Origin: a bacterium
GTDB lineage: Bacteria > CLD3 > SB21
Assembly (NCBI GenBank): GCA_013360215.1
Contig: JABWCP010000021.1
Span: forward strand, 1-56,117
Length of the DNA: 56,117 nt
Reading direction: 5' to 3'
Part shown: piece after piece, positions 54,097-56,117 of the stretch
How positions within the stretch are numbered: the stretch's first letter is position 1
How the letters are laid out: each line of letters begins with the position of its first letter
Made by a program: the position numbers and the translations under genes
The notes under the pieces: model-generated
What the model saw: the letters and a program-made list of their open reading frames with translations, nothing else
What the model was told of the DNA's origin: nothing
Databases searched by the model: none

Positions 54097-54209
54097 TTTT
54101 TTGCGATAGCATAGTTGGTTCCAAGACGTTATATTAAAAAACGATGAGAAAAATAATTCTAATAGTTTGTTTGTTGTTGCTCCGGACGACCGTATTTGCC
54201 GGGGATGGG
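53930..54209 (+). repeat. Direct repeat copy 1 (ccmC 3' end, intergenic region, porQ-like 5' end)
   Basis: 280 nt matching 55838..56117 at offset 1908 with 4 mismatches. Confidence 0.97.
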
Positions 54210-54464
54210 TATCAATTTTTGCGTGTCGGCGTGACGGCCCGCGCGACGGGACTCGGCGATGTGTTTGTCGCTCAACCCGGTGACGCAACAACGTTTATGT
54301 ACAATCCGGCAGGCCTTGCAACACTACAAGGGCGGACTTTTGCAGCAAGCTATAAAGAAAGCCTGCCGTTATCATTGCAAGCCGGCGTAAATTATAAACT
54401 GCGGAATGCCCCGGTTACGGTCAATCTGACATTTACAGATATACAAACGACTGTCAGCGTATAA
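54144..54464 (+). pseudogene. Internally deleted and truncated PorQ/PorV-like barrel gene
   Basis: N-terminal YQFL..TARATGLG...NPAGL...ASY is joined directly to KESLPLSLQAG..L.NAP, which normally lies much later; only 106 aa. Confidence 0.7.
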
Positions 54465-54574
54465 ATTGAGCGCTACGACTGCTCAATCAGCAAAGATGAA
54501 ATTTTCAGTTGATCTTTTTAACTCAAAATAAAAAATTCAAACTACTTATATTAAAACAAAAAAAGGATAGATTC

Positions 54575-55432
54575 ATGAAGGAAGAACAAACCTTGGTTAA
54601 TGACGTAAAGCAATTTTGGTCAAGTCATCCAATGGCATACAATTTTCCGACTAAAAACCTTTCGAAAGATTTGCTTGCGCAGATTGATCAAAAATTTTAT
54701 AAAAAGGCTGTCAATTGTTATAATGGTGATGGCAAAAAACTCTACTCCGATTATATTGACTATAATGAGGTGATCAAGAATAAGAGTGTTCTGGAAATTG
54801 GATACGGAATGGGCACTATGATGCAATGTTTTTGTGAAAATGGAGCTAATTATTTTGGAATTGATCTTAGTGATTTTCATTTTGCTGCAGCTCAATTTCG
54901 AAAATCCATGTTTAATCTTAACGCCGATGTTGTATTAGGAAATGCAGAAAGTTTGCCTTATGGGGATAATCAATTTGATTTTGTTTTTTCACATGGGGTT
55001 ATCCATCATACGCCACAGACCGAAAAGGTATGTGATGAAATTTATAGAGTGCTAAAGCCGGGCGGTAAATTTCTTGTTATGGTTTATCATATGAATTCGA
55101 TTCGAGTAAGATGGGACTACCACATTAAACATTCCTTCTTTCGATGGCAAAAAGGATTAAAAACATTTTGTAGCATTCAAGAAGCGTTGAATTATCATAC
55201 GGATAACCATGACTCAAATCGAGGCGGCTCACCACTGGCTAAAGCGTATACACGAACGACAGGCGCCAAATTGTTTGAAAAATTTAAACACCTGCACATT
55301 GATGTTACTAGCAATCCCATTGAGTTTGAAAAATTTCCCTTTCATCCTTTTGGTAAATTGATGCCCTTTTCATTAAGAAAAAAATTATCCAAAAAATGGG
55401 GATATTTTTTGATGATTAATGGGCAAAAATGA
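54575..55432 (+). CDS. Class I SAM-dependent methyltransferase (low GC)
   Basis: VLEIGYGMG, GIDLS, GNAESLPY.DNQFDFVFSHGVIHHTP, EIYRVLKPGG. Confidence 0.9.
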   Translation: MKEEQTLVNDVKQFWSSHPMAYNFPTKNLSKDLLAQIDQKFYKKAVNCYNGDGKKLYSDYIDYNEVIKNKSVLEIGYGMGTMMQCFCENGANYFGIDLSDFHFAAAQFRKSMFNLNADVVLGNAESLPYGDNQFDFVFSHGVIHHTPQTEKVCDEIYRVLKPGGKFLVMVYHMNSIRVRWDYHIKHSFFRWQKGLKTFCSIQEALNYHTDNHDSNRGGSPLAKAYTRTTGAKLFEKFKHLHIDVTSNPIEFEKFPFHPFGKLMPFSLRKKLSKKWGYFLMINGQK

Positions 55433-55521
55433 TACAATTTAAAAACATCAATACTACAAGATAAAATCATGTCCGGCATTGTGGGGATGATACATGTTGA
55501 TCCGAATAGCATGTCGAAAAT

Positions 55522-55841
55522 GGAGTGGGTTCACTGGCGTATTTGTGGAAGCGCACTATCGCATGATCTAGCTTTGATTTTGTTGTTAAATAATACCGTG
55601 TCTGCGCAGACAAGCGGGAAAACGGTGTCCTATTGTTTTGCGATTGAGCGCCTCAAATAGGGCGGAAGCGGTGATCAGTATGGCAATAAAAACCCATTGA
55701 ATCATCGGCTGAATTATTTGAACGAAAATACTAAATATTGCTGTTAAAAAAACGGAGACGTATGTGGACCCGTCGGACATACGTTTTTTTGATTATAATT
55801 TTTTTGTGCATGGCGGATCACGTCAATGTCAAATTTAGCGA
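55522..55841 (+). pseudogene. Degenerate copy of lgt 3' end and DUF4159 gene 5' part
   Basis: Aligns to 52666..52999; about 78% identity over 147 hand-aligned nt; TAC>TAG stop at 55658-55660 plus indels. Confidence 0.9.
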
Positions 55842-56117
55842 AGGTTCGGGTTTGGCACCGGAAATGCGTTTGGTGTTGATGTTTTGCCTTGCCGCATTTA
55901 CTCTGCTTTTTGTGTATCTATTGAATAAACGCCTGAAAATGGAGAAAACCGAACGCGAGCTTGAGTTACTTTATCGTACGGTGCAACGCGATAACCGGAT
56001 GTAGTTTTTTGCGATAGCATAGTTGGTTCCAAGACGTTATATTAAAAAACGATGAGAAAAATAATTCTAATAGTTTGTTTGTTGCTGCTCCGGACGACCG
56101 TATTTGCCGGGGATGGG
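55838..56117 (+). repeat. Direct repeat copy 2, running off the window end
   Basis: Matches 53930..54209. Confidence 0.97.
56052..56117 (+). CDS. 5' end of a second PorQ/PorV-like gene, truncated by the window edge
   Basis: ATGAGAAAAATAATT.. encodes the same MRKIILIVCLLLLRTTVFAGDG as 54144. Confidence 0.75.
   Translation, partial: MRKIILIVCLLLLRTTVFAGDG

Noticed and set aside
53930..56117. Prophage, ICE or composite transposon with att sites
   Set aside because: No integrase, transposase or terminal inverted repeats; the repeat is housekeeping-gene sequence

Overview
A mostly core-genome bacterial window. Gene content (DUF2723, DUF4837, DUF4159, PorV/PorQ-like barrels, TonB-dependent receptors) points to the FCB superphylum, but Shine-Dalgarno sites and TTG-type -35 boxes argue against class Bacteroidia; the lineage is an inference. 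From left to right: an orphan NarL-type regulator and lipoprotein; a minus-strand block of two TonB-dependent receptor paralogues plus a DUF2723 (TMEM260-like) membrane protein; a ~15.5 kb respiratory cluster (ctaB, alternative complex III actABCDEF(G), SCO, type-A2 caa3 oxidase subunits II/I/III/IV, ctaA, SCO, DUF420); pterin dehydratase, Tat-exported Mn-type SOD and an SDR; a PorV-like barrel, a helix-hairpin-helix barrel protein and exbB-exbD-exbD-tonB; tRNA-Ile2(CAT); a long minus-strand run dnaB-GT2-rfbD-DUF2723-flippase-like-DUF4837-CDP-alcohol transferase; and a plus-strand run HEAT lipoprotein-UPF0182-thioesterase-lgt-DUF4159-ccmC-porQ-like. The last 2.2 kb is a decayed segmental duplication flanking a low-GC methyltransferase. 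The best leads are a candidate protein O-mannosylation locus, a candidate pilus-independent DNA-uptake module, and the mosaic duplication. No CRISPR array, integrase, transposase or rRNA was seen. All family assignments come from motif recognition, not database searches.
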